Positions 1 to 12,037 of a DNA stretch of 64,000 bases are shown in pieces. The position numbers were made by a program, and so were the translations under genes. The notes beneath the pieces were generated by a model that saw nothing but the letters and a program-made list of their open reading frames with translations, was not told the DNA's origin and ran no database searches. How positions within the stretch are numbered: the stretch's first letter is position 1; each line of letters opens with the position of its first letter. The DNA comes from Kondoa subrosea (lineage: Eukaryota), in contig BCIN01000001.1 of assembly GCA_039545335.1 (NCBI GenBank), positions 922,208 to 986,207 of the forward strand, read 5' to 3'.

Positions 1-345
1 AAACAAGATGTTCTCTGGTGTATCCAAAACAAAATCTTGAGCTTGAAGAGCATGATACTGAGCTGCAGAGAGGACTTTGATGTCTGGATTAGATGGATGG
101 GAAGGATAGGTAGCGTCTTGCGGGTGCTGTAGGCCATGTATGTGAGATTTTGATACACGGTGTGATGAAGGACTTGGACGAATTGCTGGAATGTGAGCAG
201 TGATGGCAGCGGACTCTTTTGCTGCCTGGCAAGTAGAGGAACGCAATTGCTCGGACGCTGCTAGTGATGCTTTTTGAACGGTAGAAGTGTGACCTGCAGC
301 TGCGCTTGATCGCAGAGCCAAGGGATGCATAGTAGTTGTGGCCAT
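1..345 (-). CDS. 5' part of a gene running off the window; possibly a Pps1-like dual-specificity phosphatase
   Basis: ATG at 345, open to base 1: MATTTMHPLALRSS...DIKVLSAAQYHALQAQDFVLDTPENILF. The end resembles the lead-in to the LFP(F/W)LHG motif of fungal Pps1. Preceded by a CT-rich leader. Not in the ORF track because the stop lies outside the window. Confidence 0.45.
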   Translation of the reverse strand, partial: MATTTMHPLALRSSAAAGHTSTVQKASLAASEQLRSSTCQAAKESAAITAHIPAIRPSPSSHRVSKSHIHGLQHPQDATYPSHPSNPDIKVLSAAQYHALQAQDFVLDTPENILF

Positions 346-1103
346 GATGGAAGGAAGTGAGTGTGAGGATGAGTGAGAAAGACCAGCTTGAAGCTTGTGA
401 AGATTGTGTTGCAGAAATAGGAGAAGAAAGTTCCCACTCGAATGTGATGGAATTTGGTTCGGGATGTCTGACCGGAGGACTTGGACTTTGGCTAGAACTC
501 AGTAGCAACCAGTGCAAGTGAGATGAGAGGGAGCGAAAGAGAGAGAGAGAGAGGGAGATTTACTTTCGGCGAGCGTCTGTTCGAAATATGTCTCTGCGCT
601 TGTCGCGTCCCGCGTTTTCATGGATTGCCGTTGGCAACTCACCACTAGCACAACGAGTCTACTGTATTCAGAGATAGAAAGCCTATCCATGATGTATACA
701 AGCTTCCCATGCCGACAAAAAGTAACGCGCTCAACCCTCTTCTTCACCCACGCGACTTATCGCTTTGTGTACGTCATGACAGCAATTGATACCTGTACAC
801 AAAACACGTTGTAAGTGTGCACTGTGATAATGTCGTGACATTCTTGAATAAAGAAGACGGAACGGGAACACGAGGTCAGAAGCTGATAAATGAAACAAGA
901 TAAATGCAATCTAGATTATGAGCCCAAGATCTGCCGGTATTCCTACCAAATATCTGGAGAGAGATCGTGAAGCAGCAGAGTCTCGAGCATTAGAGGGAGA
1001 TGAGTATACAGAGTAGGAGGAAAGGAAGACTGGCAAGCTTAAAGAACTGACGAAAGTGGAAAAAAAGGGCGATACGCATAAGTTTGGATAACATGCTAAC
1101 ATA

Positions 1104-2097
1104 CTACTGGAACATGTTACTATGAGCCCAATGGTTGTCATTTGCTAAATGAGCTGCCTGCACTGCTGGGTGATTGGTATGAGCTTGAGGATTGGCTAGA
1201 ACTTCAACATGGTGCCCTTCGATAGCTTGCAAACAGCTCCTGATATTGGTCGCGTTGGACAGATTATTGAAATGTGCGCCCTGAGGTAAGATCAATCGAT
1301 AACTATATTGCGTGCACTCAGTATTTATTCGCGGGAAGGAATAAAGTCACTCACGCGAAGCTTTTGAAGGATCGCAGTAAAGGTTCTCCAAATCGCACGT
1401 TAGTACTGTTATTGATGTCCACAATTGGTTTGATCAAATAGCGAGATTGCGCAAAGTTGTCTATGATAGGCTTGAGCGTGAATGAGCCGTCGGGATTCGT
1501 AGATTTTTGGACCATAACGCTGTACGGTAAGCCATCGTGTCTGATCCCGCGCCAAAGCAACATCTCTAAGGCTGTACCCAAGTCGTTGACGAATTTGAAT
1601 CTCGAAGCAAGCGAATGAAAAGGAGACTGTGGATCATTGAGAAAGCCCTTGACAGCTACCTCCATGGGCTTGCGTTGGAACATCAGTATGATCAACTCAG
1701 GAAGAGATGAGCACAGCCTCACTATCGCGCCCGCAACTCTCTCCATCACTAAGACCTGATAGTGCACGAGTCCAATTTGCAACGAATAGTGTATGATTAC
1801 TTCAGGTACTTTGACGTGAACTTCTTTGAGATGAATGGCTGCTCGAGCTTGATTCATGCCTTCTTCTGGAAAGGTTTCTGTAGAGACTTTGATGCACAGA
1901 AACCCACAGTCCGACGCTTTAGCTAAGAAGAACTTGCCGAATCCTCCGTCATTGCCCGTCGCGATTGGTTTCTGGATATCGCAAGCGAGATGCAGGTAGA
2001 TATCGTTCTGGCGACATTGATTTAAACAGTCTTGAAGGATCTGAGTGTATATGTCTTGCAGCCCGCCCGTAATAGCTACTGCTTCGGTTGTCCTCAT
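1104..2097 (-). CDS. Divergent protein-kinase-like (probable pseudokinase) protein
   Basis: Ordered kinase-like motifs: GNDGGFGKFF, LCIK, LVMERVAG, IRHDGLPYSVMV, IIDNFAQSR. One GT-AG intron near 1307-1354. Ends uncertain. Confidence 0.5.
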
Positions 2098-2322
2098 GAT
2101 GTTGAACGAGAAAGAGCGACAGTAAGGAACAGCGATCAAGCATTGAAACAAATTATGCAGACAAAGGGAGTCTTAGGCGAGGTAAATGAACGAAAGAGAA
2201 GCAACGGAGAAAACGCGAAGAGCTACAGGCAGAGTGTGTAAACGCAGTGGAAGGAGCAGCGCAGGAGCCGGAAGGTCGCAGTAGGAAGCAAAGCTAAAAT
2301 AGCTGTCTTGTCCGAAAACAAT

Positions 2323-3207
2323 GATATGACCAATTCACAGGAGACCCCTGCCTTGCAGCCAGCATTGCATCGGTCTTCGTCTACATACCTTCTCTTGACG
2401 CAGAAAGACTTAGCAGAATCCTACGATGTCGCATTTCCAAGACCAGCACTATGGTTTCTCATTCCTTCTCTAGCTGTCTGTGATCTGGTAGCTGCTATCA
2501 TTTTCTCTGTATTACTGTCCAAGATAGAGCAAGGCAAAGAAGCGGCTTACCTGTTGGCCTGGAATTACACCCGAGCTTTGATCTTGCTTTATGTTGGCTT
2601 AAGCAGGAGGATACGGGAACGAGGTTGGATAGTTGGCACCTTGAGTATCGTATGTTCTTCCCTCGATGGCGTTAATAAGTATTAATGACTTGCTTAGATT
2701 ACCCTTCTACTGCTACTCTTCTACTCAAACGCTTTAGTCCAACACCTTCGTAGCGACATGACTCTACCGAATTCTCATCGCCGCTCTACTCTCTTCCCTC
2801 TCTATCTACTCATTCAACTGATATTCGCCGTCATGCATTGGCTCTGCTTCGTTGGTGCAATAGGCGTTAGACGCGCTCAGAACCCTTTCGGACTAGGTTA
2901 TGCGTCCTATCACTATCGAGAACGAGCAGTAGACGTGGACGAAGAACAAATCGAAGATCGTTTGGGCGTGAATTCGGAAGATGAGGATGAAGAGCAAGAT
3001 TTGGATTCAGAAGAAGATGAAAATGATATCATTGATATAGAACCTGTGGTCACTCCTGCTAATGGTTTGGATGTGGGTCATATGGGCACGATTAGAAGCA
3101 GGATATCGTCGAGAAGTTTGCAAAGGGACAGTTTGGGTAGTCCAACCAAAACAGGTAGAAGACCGCCTGTTGCTGCAAGTAACAGTTACGATACCTTTGG
3201 AGTTTGA
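2323..3207 (+). CDS. Hypothetical multi-pass membrane protein with acidic C-terminal tail
   Basis: Two exons joined by a GTATGT...TTAG intron (~2650-2697); about four hydrophobic segments followed by a D/E-rich stretch. Confidence 0.7.
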
Positions 3208-3425
3208 AGAGGGAGTTTTGGAATGATTTGATGGTAGTGATTTGAGCATGCGAAGATACCTGGCATTGAATTGGATGGATCGGATCTGTTATTATCATGC
3301 TGAGATTGGCTCAGAACTGCTAGAAAATCGTCGTACGAATGCATATTGTCGTGTTGACCATGGCATCTAGCAGAAGATTGTCCTTTATCAGAACTTAGCC
3401 TCAAGTCGGTCGCTATTATACAGCG

Positions 3426-4857
3426 ATGCACTTCACTACCGTATCATTCTTAGTCCTGGTGGCCTCGGTCTGTGCTAAAGTAACTGAATTACAGATCAGT
3501 CTGTGCCTACCTTAAGCTGCCCTTCACGCTTTGAGCTGATTTCATCATCAAATAGAAACCGTGAATAAGCCTTCAGAATGCTCTATACAGAGTCAGAATG
3601 GCGATAAATTGTCTATGCGTGTGTACAAATTGCGTACTGGAGCGAGTAAAAGGGCTGACATGTTCATGGGAAGACTACACCGGAACATTGGAAAGCGGCA
3701 GCGTTTTCGACTCGTCACGAACTCGTGGAGATCCCTTCCAGTTCACGATTGGTAGCGGAGTATGTCTTATCGCCCTATATAACATATATTGCTGATTGAA
3801 TGTCCAGCAAGTAATACAGATGAGTCGCTTTGGAGACTTGCAGGATTCTGTCTGATGCATCTCTTTACGGATGGGAGAAGGGTCTATTGAATATGTGTGT
3901 AAGTGCTATTGCTGGAAGCCCCAAGTTCTCAGCTGATAGATTAATAGATCGGCGAAGTTCGCGTATTGACAATCCCTGCAAGCATGGGTTAGTAACTGTT
4001 GTTTCATTGCTCGAATATCAGCTGAAAGTATCGTAGGCTATGGCGCGTCAGGCTACCCGCCAGTGTGAGCAGCTTGTGTTTTCATTACTCGCGCATCTGA
4101 TTATGCGCAGCATACCCGGTGATTCTACCTTGATCTTCGATGTCGAGCTCCTGGATATCCTCGTATGCTGTCCAGCCTATGATTTTTCGGTTGCTGACTA
4201 GTGACAATAGAACCGGAAGGCGCCCTCATCTGTCGACGGGCCCGATGTCAAGAAGGAAGTAGAGGTACGTTGAATCTTGCCCTTTTTGTTGTAGAGCTAA
4301 ACAAGGATCCAGGACGCTATTGCTCAAAATCACATTGTCATCTTCAGCAAAAGTTATTGCCCGTGTAGGCTTCACTCTCGTTTGTGCTTGACCTTTCTAA
4401 TATGTCAATGCAGGGTCGAAGAAGGCCAAATCAGCTATAGCAGCCGTACCAAACAAGAAGTCAGAGCCAAAGATCTTTGAGCTCGATCTGCTAGGTGAAG
4501 AAGGGCAGCAAATGCAAGCATACTTGCTACAGAAGAGTGGGCAGCGGACTGTACCTAATGTTTGGATCGGTCAGAAGCATATTGGAGGTGCGTTGGTCGT
4601 CTTGTGCCTGGTTCTAGCTGATCTTGGAACAGGTTCCGATGCGGTATCTGCTCTGGTCGAGAATGATCAACTAGCTAAACTGTGCCAAGGGTGAGCCGTG
4701 TCCATGAGATGATGTAATTTCGCTGAAGTCACGTAACAGTTCATCTGGTTCGTACGGCATGCTGCATTATGGAGCTGGAGCTGCTCTTTTGCTTGCTGTC
4801 GGTTTGGGCATTCGCGCGCTCGGTGGTAGTAAAGGAAGAGCTGGTAAAGAGCCTTGA
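3426..4857 (+). CDS. Secretory-pathway FKBP-type PPIase fused to a monothiol glutaredoxin and a C-terminal TM segment
   Basis: 13 hand-spliced exons. Signal peptide [80 protein letters not shown]. Grx: [47 protein letters not shown]. Confidence 0.85.
3820..3868 (+). other. AT-AC intron with U2-type signals (FKBP-Grx gene)
   Basis: CAG|ATGAGT...CTGATGCATCTCTTTAC|GGATGG, 49 nt; removal gives QVIQ-GWEKGLL. Confidence 0.85.
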
Positions 4858-5002
4858 TCATGTACGACTATGCTCTAGTCGGTCAGCTGATCTGACTCAC
4901 GGCGGATAGCAGAATCATTGAAATTGCATTTACTTACCAGATGTTTGTTAGCAAGACACGACTTTTTCGAGCCTTGGTCTGATTCGGTCTATGGCAAGCT
5001 GA

Positions 5003-6280
5003 CTAGACTCGTGTCATCGCTGTTCTTCCACCTCGAACGGTTATATTCTTGTCGCAGCACTCGCAGCAGATTGACCTTGTCACCTGTTTTGTCGATTGCA
5101 TCGGACTGGACTTGCTCAGGACCATCGTTGAGGGCGGGCTGTCACGATGCTTTTTTACCGCTGTTTCCCTTATGTCTTTCAATTTCTCGTTTTGTTTCTT
5201 CACCTTAATTGACCGACTCTATTTCTCGTTTTCTTTGCCCTTGGTTGACTTACGCCAGCTCCAGTCATTGGCGCAGCTTCACGATGTGCTAACGAGGTCG
5301 GGTCGCTTAATTGCTTACTAGCATTTCATTTCATTCGCAACGGACGTGCGATATGTGCTGATACGTTGCTACGAGCATGGTCGCGTGGAAAAAAGACGCT
5401 CGCACCTCAGCGAGGAGCAAAAAAAAAAGACAACCGACGTGAGCAGGATTTGAGCCTGCGCTCCCAGAAGGAAACAGCTAATTCATTCGAGGCTGCCGCG
5501 TTAACCACTGCAAAGGATGTTAGAACAAATCGGGTGTCTAAAGGAGAAAGCACTTGCCTCCGCCATCACGCCTCTTACGCCACCGGAGCATAATGACCCC
5601 GGTGAAATTGAGATTTTTGCACAGAATGCTCTAAACAAATCTATAAACATAGGTTGAATTTTGTAGGACATACTGACAAGCCCAGTGGGCGACCGTACTT
5701 GCAGCACTGTCCGAAGGATGTTGAGGCTGAGGCTAAAGTGCGGCGGAACCAGCGCACTCAGCCAGTGCATCTTGGCGCAACTGGGCACTCCTCCTCACGA
5801 TTCGAAAACGCGTCGCGGTATCAGTGCCCTGTCTGTAACAGGTAGAGTCTGTTGGGGAAAGGCATTGACAGATGACTCACGGGTATGTGTTGTTCTAAAG
5901 TTGACCTCCAGACCATCCCAAAGCAACACGAAAAGGGCTTCGCTTCACTTGTCTGAAATAAGAAGTCTTTATCGTAACCGCTTGATTTAACGAGGGAGAG
6001 AGTCCAAAGAGAAGTCTATCAAGAGTTGCCAGTGCAAAGGGAAAGATACTCGCAGTCGCGGTTGGAAGAAACGTCGACCAAAATGCAGTTTGGAAAGACG
6101 TGCTGGCCAAAGTCGAGCGTCAAGGCTTCAGTACACCTATGTTCGACCTTTCAAACGGCAACAAGACCTCATGTTGTCAACCTTCCTGTTCTGTGATCTT
6201 GCATCTCATATTTGAAGGCAATCTACGTTGTTCGCATGACCTTGTAATACATCTGGAGCCTGCAAATGCACTATCATGCA
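5003..6280 (-). other. Unresolved locus, possible lineage-specific spliced gene
   Basis: Minus-strand splice-like signals (e.g. GTGAGT at 5880) and short ORFs (5003-5203, K/R-rich), but I could not build a consistent model. Confidence 0.2.
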
Positions 6281-6401
6281 TCAGATCTTCCCCGACGCGC
6301 AACTTAGACTCTTCATCCGAGTCGGACTCTAACACGCGTAATGTATTCTCGAATTCCCCAGTCAACAAATAATGCAGCTATGGCTTGTCTACCGACTCAA
6401 T

Positions 6402-8468
6402 ATGGGAAAGAAACTAGAAGCGCGGCCCTATACAGGAATCAAAGTCTATATCGTCGGAGCTGGCGTATGAACAAAACTCCCCTTGTTGATTCGGGCTCAT
6501 TGCGATACAGTTCGCCGGACTCGGCTGCGCTCTAGAATGCTATCTGCAAGGACATGAAGTGGTCGTGCTCGAATCATTCCCTGAACTGAAAGTATTGCAA
6601 GTAGTCCATCAGCTGTGCTAGCCCGCACTTACTTTTATAACAGAGGAGATATCTTGTCCTTTGGCCCCAATGCAGGACGTATCTTTGATCGCTGGCAAAT
6701 TGGTTTGTAGAAGGATCCTCCGCCTTCAGGACTAGCTGATCTTGTACTAGGCGATGAAATGTGGGAGGTTTGTGCGAAACTTACCCACTGGCCAATTGTA
6801 GCCTGGGACGGGAGAACGATCCTCAATGAAGAGCGTCCTCAAATAGAGTTTGGGCACAGGTCGTATAATGGACATAGAGGCGAAGTGAGTACAAAGGAGA
6901 TTCCCTGTGGTCTATTGCTGACCTTCCTGTTCCGTAGCTTCATTCTATCCTTTGGCACCATGTCTTAGATCAAGGAATCGAGATCAGATGCAACTCGAAA
7001 GTTTCAGAGGTGAGCCAACAAGGGCCTGTGAAGCGCCTCTTACACCTGAATTGACTGGTCGAAACAGTACTGGGAAACAGAAACAGAAGCGGGAGTGATC
7101 TGCAACGGAGAGAAGTTGACAGCAGACGTAGTCGTTCGTATTCTGCAATTCTATGCAGAGGGAAAGCTTACAAGCCGTATAGGTTGGTGCAGATGGTGTT
7201 CGATCGAAAGCAAGGACTTTGGTTCTGGTGAGAGACTTGCCCTCTCTCTCATTATCCATCTGCTGATAGACTCTACTCAGGGCTACGAGGGTAGGACATT
7301 TTGCCGAATCACAAACCTCGTATTGACACAATGAATAGACGCTTCGAAGAGTTCAGGATATGGTAAATCGCTACCATCTACCTCACTGCCTAGCTCACAT
7401 CTATACAGCAATCTATCGAACTTGGTTTAAAGCGGAAGGAACTGGCTTTGCAGAAGATCCACTCACTAACTGGCTTGTCAAAGACGAAGATCAATTCTGC
7501 ATGTGGTTCGGAACAGACATCCACTTTATTGTCAATGTACTCAATAAAGGCAAAGGTTGGTCGCTTCTGAACCATGCTCGAATCCGACTAATGACCTCTT
7601 AGATGTGTGCTGGGTTATGACGCACAAGGTGTGAATATTGTCCTCCATCTGATTCCGGAAGCTCAAACCATCACTAGGATGAGCATGAAATAAAGGAAAG
7701 CTGGAGTCTGCCTGGATCTGTGGAAGAAGCAGCGAAACTACTTGAAGGCTGGGACCCTCGTACACTTGCGATCGTTCGCAAAGCACCGCGTGTCTTTGAC
7801 TGGAAGGTAAGACGCGAGTCAGCTAGCCAGAGCTATATACTTATTTCGTGACATGTATCTATCTACTCTCAGCTGGTCTATAGAGATCCTTTGCCTACAT
7901 GGATCTCCAAGCAAGGTCGCCTCGTACTGATTGGGGATTCCGCTGTAAGTGTCTTTCGCAAGCCTTTATCTACTCTTCCTCATTAGAACGAAGCATCCTT
8001 TCCTACCTACGAGCATTCAGGGCGCTAGTCAAGCCATAGAAGATGGTGTAACGCTCGCAGCGACCTTACGTTTGGCAGGCAAGAAGAATGTACCTTTAGC
8101 AGCTCAAGCCTTCGAGAAGATTCGCTATCCACGAGTCAGGCGTGCGCAGAAAGGAGGAGAAACAAACAGGTGGGTCTCACTCGCTTTCGCATCTGTTGAT
8201 TGCTTAACTGAATACGTGATGAAAAGGGATACATGGCATAAAGCTGATGTGGAATTTGCCGTTAAGAATCCCGAATCAGTCAAGATTCCGCGAGAAGAAT
8301 GGCTTTTGGGCTTTGAGTAAGTGCTCCTCGTATGAGCTGTTATTCCCACGCTGACGTGTTCTTAGCGCTCTGAAACACACTTACGAAGTTTTCGATTCCG
8401 TCAAGCAGGATATTGAGACGAATGGTTATCAGCTACCGACATTGCCTCCAATAGTCGAACCCTCGTAG
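6402..8468 (+). CDS. FAD-dependent monooxygenase (salicylate hydroxylase/MAK1-like)
   Basis: IVGAGFAGL Rossmann motif, VGADGVRS, LIGDSAHPFLPTSIQGASQAIEDG; about 15 introns, including a GC-AG intron at 6597-6643. Confidence 0.92.
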
Positions 8469-8573
8469 CAGTCTCGTCGAGTATAAAGGCCTGTGTGACG
8501 TGTCATGCTTTGTATCATCATTTTTGTACACTTGGGATGGGCGTGGAAGGGGGACTAGGGACTGGTTTTCATT

Positions 8574-9425
8574 TCATTTTGCTTCATTTGCATCATAACC
8601 CGGCTCATCTTGTAATTGACCGTCGATCACGTTCTCGCCCGAGTCCTGTGTCACTGTAATGAGTTTTATCACTTGAGTTGCGATTACACAGGTACTCACA
8701 TCGAATTTGATGTTCTTGCCATGCTCGTTCTTTAGCGCATTGGCAATGTATTTCGTATGCGTGCCAGTAGCGACCAGTTTGTCAGTCTTTTCGCTAAAGA
8801 TGTCGATACGAGTGAATGCTAATGTCTTGCCTGCGTTCAGCAGATGGCCTTCACACTATCATCCCAAATCAACGCCATATACAACTAGGAATGGTGAGGA
8901 AAGACTTACGCGAATTGAGTCTCCGGGACTGCCAGCACCACGAATGAAGCTGATCCGGAAATCAGTCTTACTACGCATTCGATTTGACAAGACCTACGTG
9001 ATTGACATATCAGTGCTTCTGTAGGTTCCATCAGCAAGAGAGTAGTGACACGACAGCGGAAACGTACACTCCTGTCATCCATAACCCCTGACTGGACAAA
9101 GCTAATGAACCCATAGTGTCGACGAGACTTGAAATAAGACCTCCATGCAATCCATTCAGGCGATTCACTAATCATCAAATGAGCGATCGAGAGAAGAAGA
9201 TATGCTTAGACTTACCATTGTGCTTTTGAATTTCCATGCTTGCAATCACTTTGCCCGGTCTGGCTTTTGTAATGACAAGATTCTTCATACAGACTGCATC
9301 GTGACCGCCTTTGTTGACGAAATCACGAAAGACCTGCAGCAATAGCAGGTTGAGAGAGGGATCTGAAGGCAAATCCAAACAAATGAAGTCACTTGTTGAA
9401 CAAATCGCAGAGAAGCACCAGACAT
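8574..9425 (-). CDS. PaaI/ACOT13-like hotdog-fold thioesterase
   Basis: Spliced: MSGASLRFVQQVFRDFVNKGG..NRLNGLHGGLISSLVDTMGS..TGVSTDMSITF..GKTLAFTRIDIF..ATGTHTKY; 6 introns. Confidence 0.9.
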
Positions 9426-9851
9426 GATAGAATTCCACTACAGCAGTAGCAGGATAGATGGAAACTAAAGAGAAGAGTGGCTAGTGAGCGTCTGTCCTCG
9501 GAAATAGAAAGATCACGGTTAACCTCGAACCAAGCTTTCATCGAAAGTAGCGAAAGGGCAGGCAGCTCGCCTGCTTCACCACCAAGCACAGATACCTGAG
9601 CATCTGATAGAGAGATCTGCGCTGGCGCTTTGAGATACCAGGTCCTGCTCGCTGCGAAGTGTATTGGGCGTACATACACCAAGCTGGACGCAGCACTTTC
9701 CCGCATACTGTGATCTGCAGCTGCTGCTCTTCGGATGTCTGCTGTTGCAACGCAAACTCAACATGTACATAGCAAGGCTCGCAACATGACCAGGACTTCC
9801 AGAACATCTTTGATCTTAGAGGAGAAAGGGCCGCTCAGCAGAGATAGATCA

Positions 9852-11551
9852 ATGCCAATGTTGGAAGATCACATGGAAGATCTAGTCAAGTGAGCGGAGG
9901 TATAGATGAATGTCTGTGCTTTGGGTTGACTCTCATTTTGCAGACTACCCATTTCTGACGAATTACGCTCAAGTCGACTCAAAGGCAAAGGTCCAGCATA
10001 TCAGAGTCGTACACCAGAATACTTCTTGCCATCTACCGCGCGAAGACCTTCACATCATGCAGAAGAATCGCTTGGTCGCGCTATTCCTGGCTCTGTCGCT
10101 TATTCGCCAGGTCTGACGCGAACAATGTCAAATTCCTCTGTCAGCTCAATTCCAAGACCCACAGTATCTGCATCACCAAGAAGACCTTCAGATAGCTACC
10201 CAGAGAACGAGCTTTCGTATCACCCAAACGAATTTGATTCGGAAACCTTATCCAGCCCAGCTATCAGAGCATCTAAGATCCCGCGCTATGGCAATCACAC
10301 ATTCAGCTCCCCGTATACCCAAACTTCATCTTCATCTAATTCATCACTTCATACTGTACATTCCGACTCTGGAAATATGTCTCCTCCTGCTCTGCCTCTG
10401 ACTAAATCGCGGCCATCGTCAGTCAACTCTGTAGCAGGGTCTGCAAATATCTCCTTCCCTACTCACGAGCAAGCTTCTGCTCCAAGCACGCCTAGACACA
10501 GTGAAGAACGAAAACGTCAACCACTCAGTTCAACACAAGGCAATTCCAAGACTAGGTGTTTATCTCGAGATCTGGACTCTTTATCTCAAGCTTCACCTGT
10601 AAATGGAGTCAAGCGAACTCCATCAAAATCGACTCATTTCCCACCGCAACGTAAATCTTCTCTTTCTCGCTCTACTCCCGCTTCTTCATCTACCGAACCA
10701 GTAACTCCCAGGAATGAAACTCGAACAAGAGCTGTGACGGGAAACTTGACATCTAGAAAACGACCGGGAATCAACAAACCTTCTACTCCTTCTTCTGCTA
10801 CTTCTACTGGCGGCAAATCAAGACCTAGATCTATCTCTACTTCTTTACTCAGCGATTCCGATTCACCTGCACCTAAAGCACCTTGGGAAAGAAACGCTTC
10901 GCCCTTACTGTATAAGTCGGACAGGGAAGCTGATTTGGGATTGGTTGAACATGAGGGTTTTGAAAGTCCAATACCTAGATCAAGCTCTAGAACATGGGAT
11001 GAGTATGTCGAAACCTTGTCTATTGTAGCAGACAGTATTCTGACGGTGGGTCTGACAGCGTCATCATTCCTACTGTAGCAAAACAGATACATCAAAAGAT
11101 GTTAATGGATCAACCGGAATCGGATGACTTGATTGAAGAATACACTCGAGATGGGATGCCCGTTCGATCAGTCACTATGCCGAGTCTACTTTCTTCTCGT
11201 TCCATTAACACTCAAGCAGAACCTCTTCAACAAAAGACAGAAGATGCACCTTTTCCTTCTCCTCAGCCTATTCCTTTACCTCCGTCATCTAGTGGAGTTC
11301 AAGAAGATATCGAATTGCAAAGGCCTTCCCCTCCTCCTCCTCAATTGAAACGAACTGCTACTTTACCAGAACCGATTCAACCGAATCATGTTGAAGCATG
11401 GCAACAACCTGATTTAGCCAGTCCTAGGGTAGCTAAACGGACTATGGAGCGCCAACAAGGTCCGTCCGCGCTGGGGCAGAATGCGCAAGCGAAGAAGGCG
11501 AAGGAGGAGAAAGATGGTCATTCCGGTGGTTGTAGATGCGTCATCAGTTAA
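9852..11551 (+). CDS. Ser/Pro-rich disordered protein with C-terminal CaaX box
   Basis: Three exons; low-complexity S/P/T; ends GGCRCVIS*. Confidence 0.7.
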
Positions 11552-12037
11552 GGAGGGAGGAGTGAGGGTGAGCAATTCCATCCTTGACGATACTCTTGAC
11601 TGATTCTCGCTCAGATTTTTATAGTAGTTCCATTCATGAGAAGTCGTTCAAGCACATCATTAGTAGTAGTCATTGCGTTCACTTTAATCCACTGCGAGAC
11701 TCAAGTCATGTTAGCATTTTCTGGTGTGCTTGACTCGCAGATCCCGTTGTTGTCCCTCTATCTTTCCGTCTGTCGTGCTGTTCTCTCTTGGAGTCCTTTA
11801 GCAACTTGGACTGCAACTAGTGTTTGATTTCGTGCTATCGTGCTGAGGCAGTACGAAAGCACCGCTGCTATCGATCAATCAATATAATTAGATTACGCAG
11901 ACCACTTGAAGATCTAAGTCTATCATGAAACATGCAATGCAATGGACACAAGCGATATACCATGACCACAACAGCCTGATAAGCTTCTCTGCCGAACCCG
12001 TAGACTCGAGCACCCCAAGTTGCTCTTTCGTGAAACA

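Noticed and set aside
537..553. (GA)n microsatellite, the poly-T at ~16574-16586 and the poly-Q codon run near 58800
   Set aside because: Ordinary simple repeats; no array, spacer or mobile-element structure.
8895..8909. Apparent 25-nt ultra-short intron in the PaaI gene (donor at 8909, CCTAG acceptor at 8885)
   Set aside because: The downstream GATAG acceptor gives a normal 54-nt intron and the correct frame.
10634..11095. Long antisense ORFs (also 26345-26623, 52765-53295, 55523-56140)
   Set aside because: Mostly shadows of low-complexity or biased coding sequence on the opposite strand, or off-frame overlaps; no motifs.
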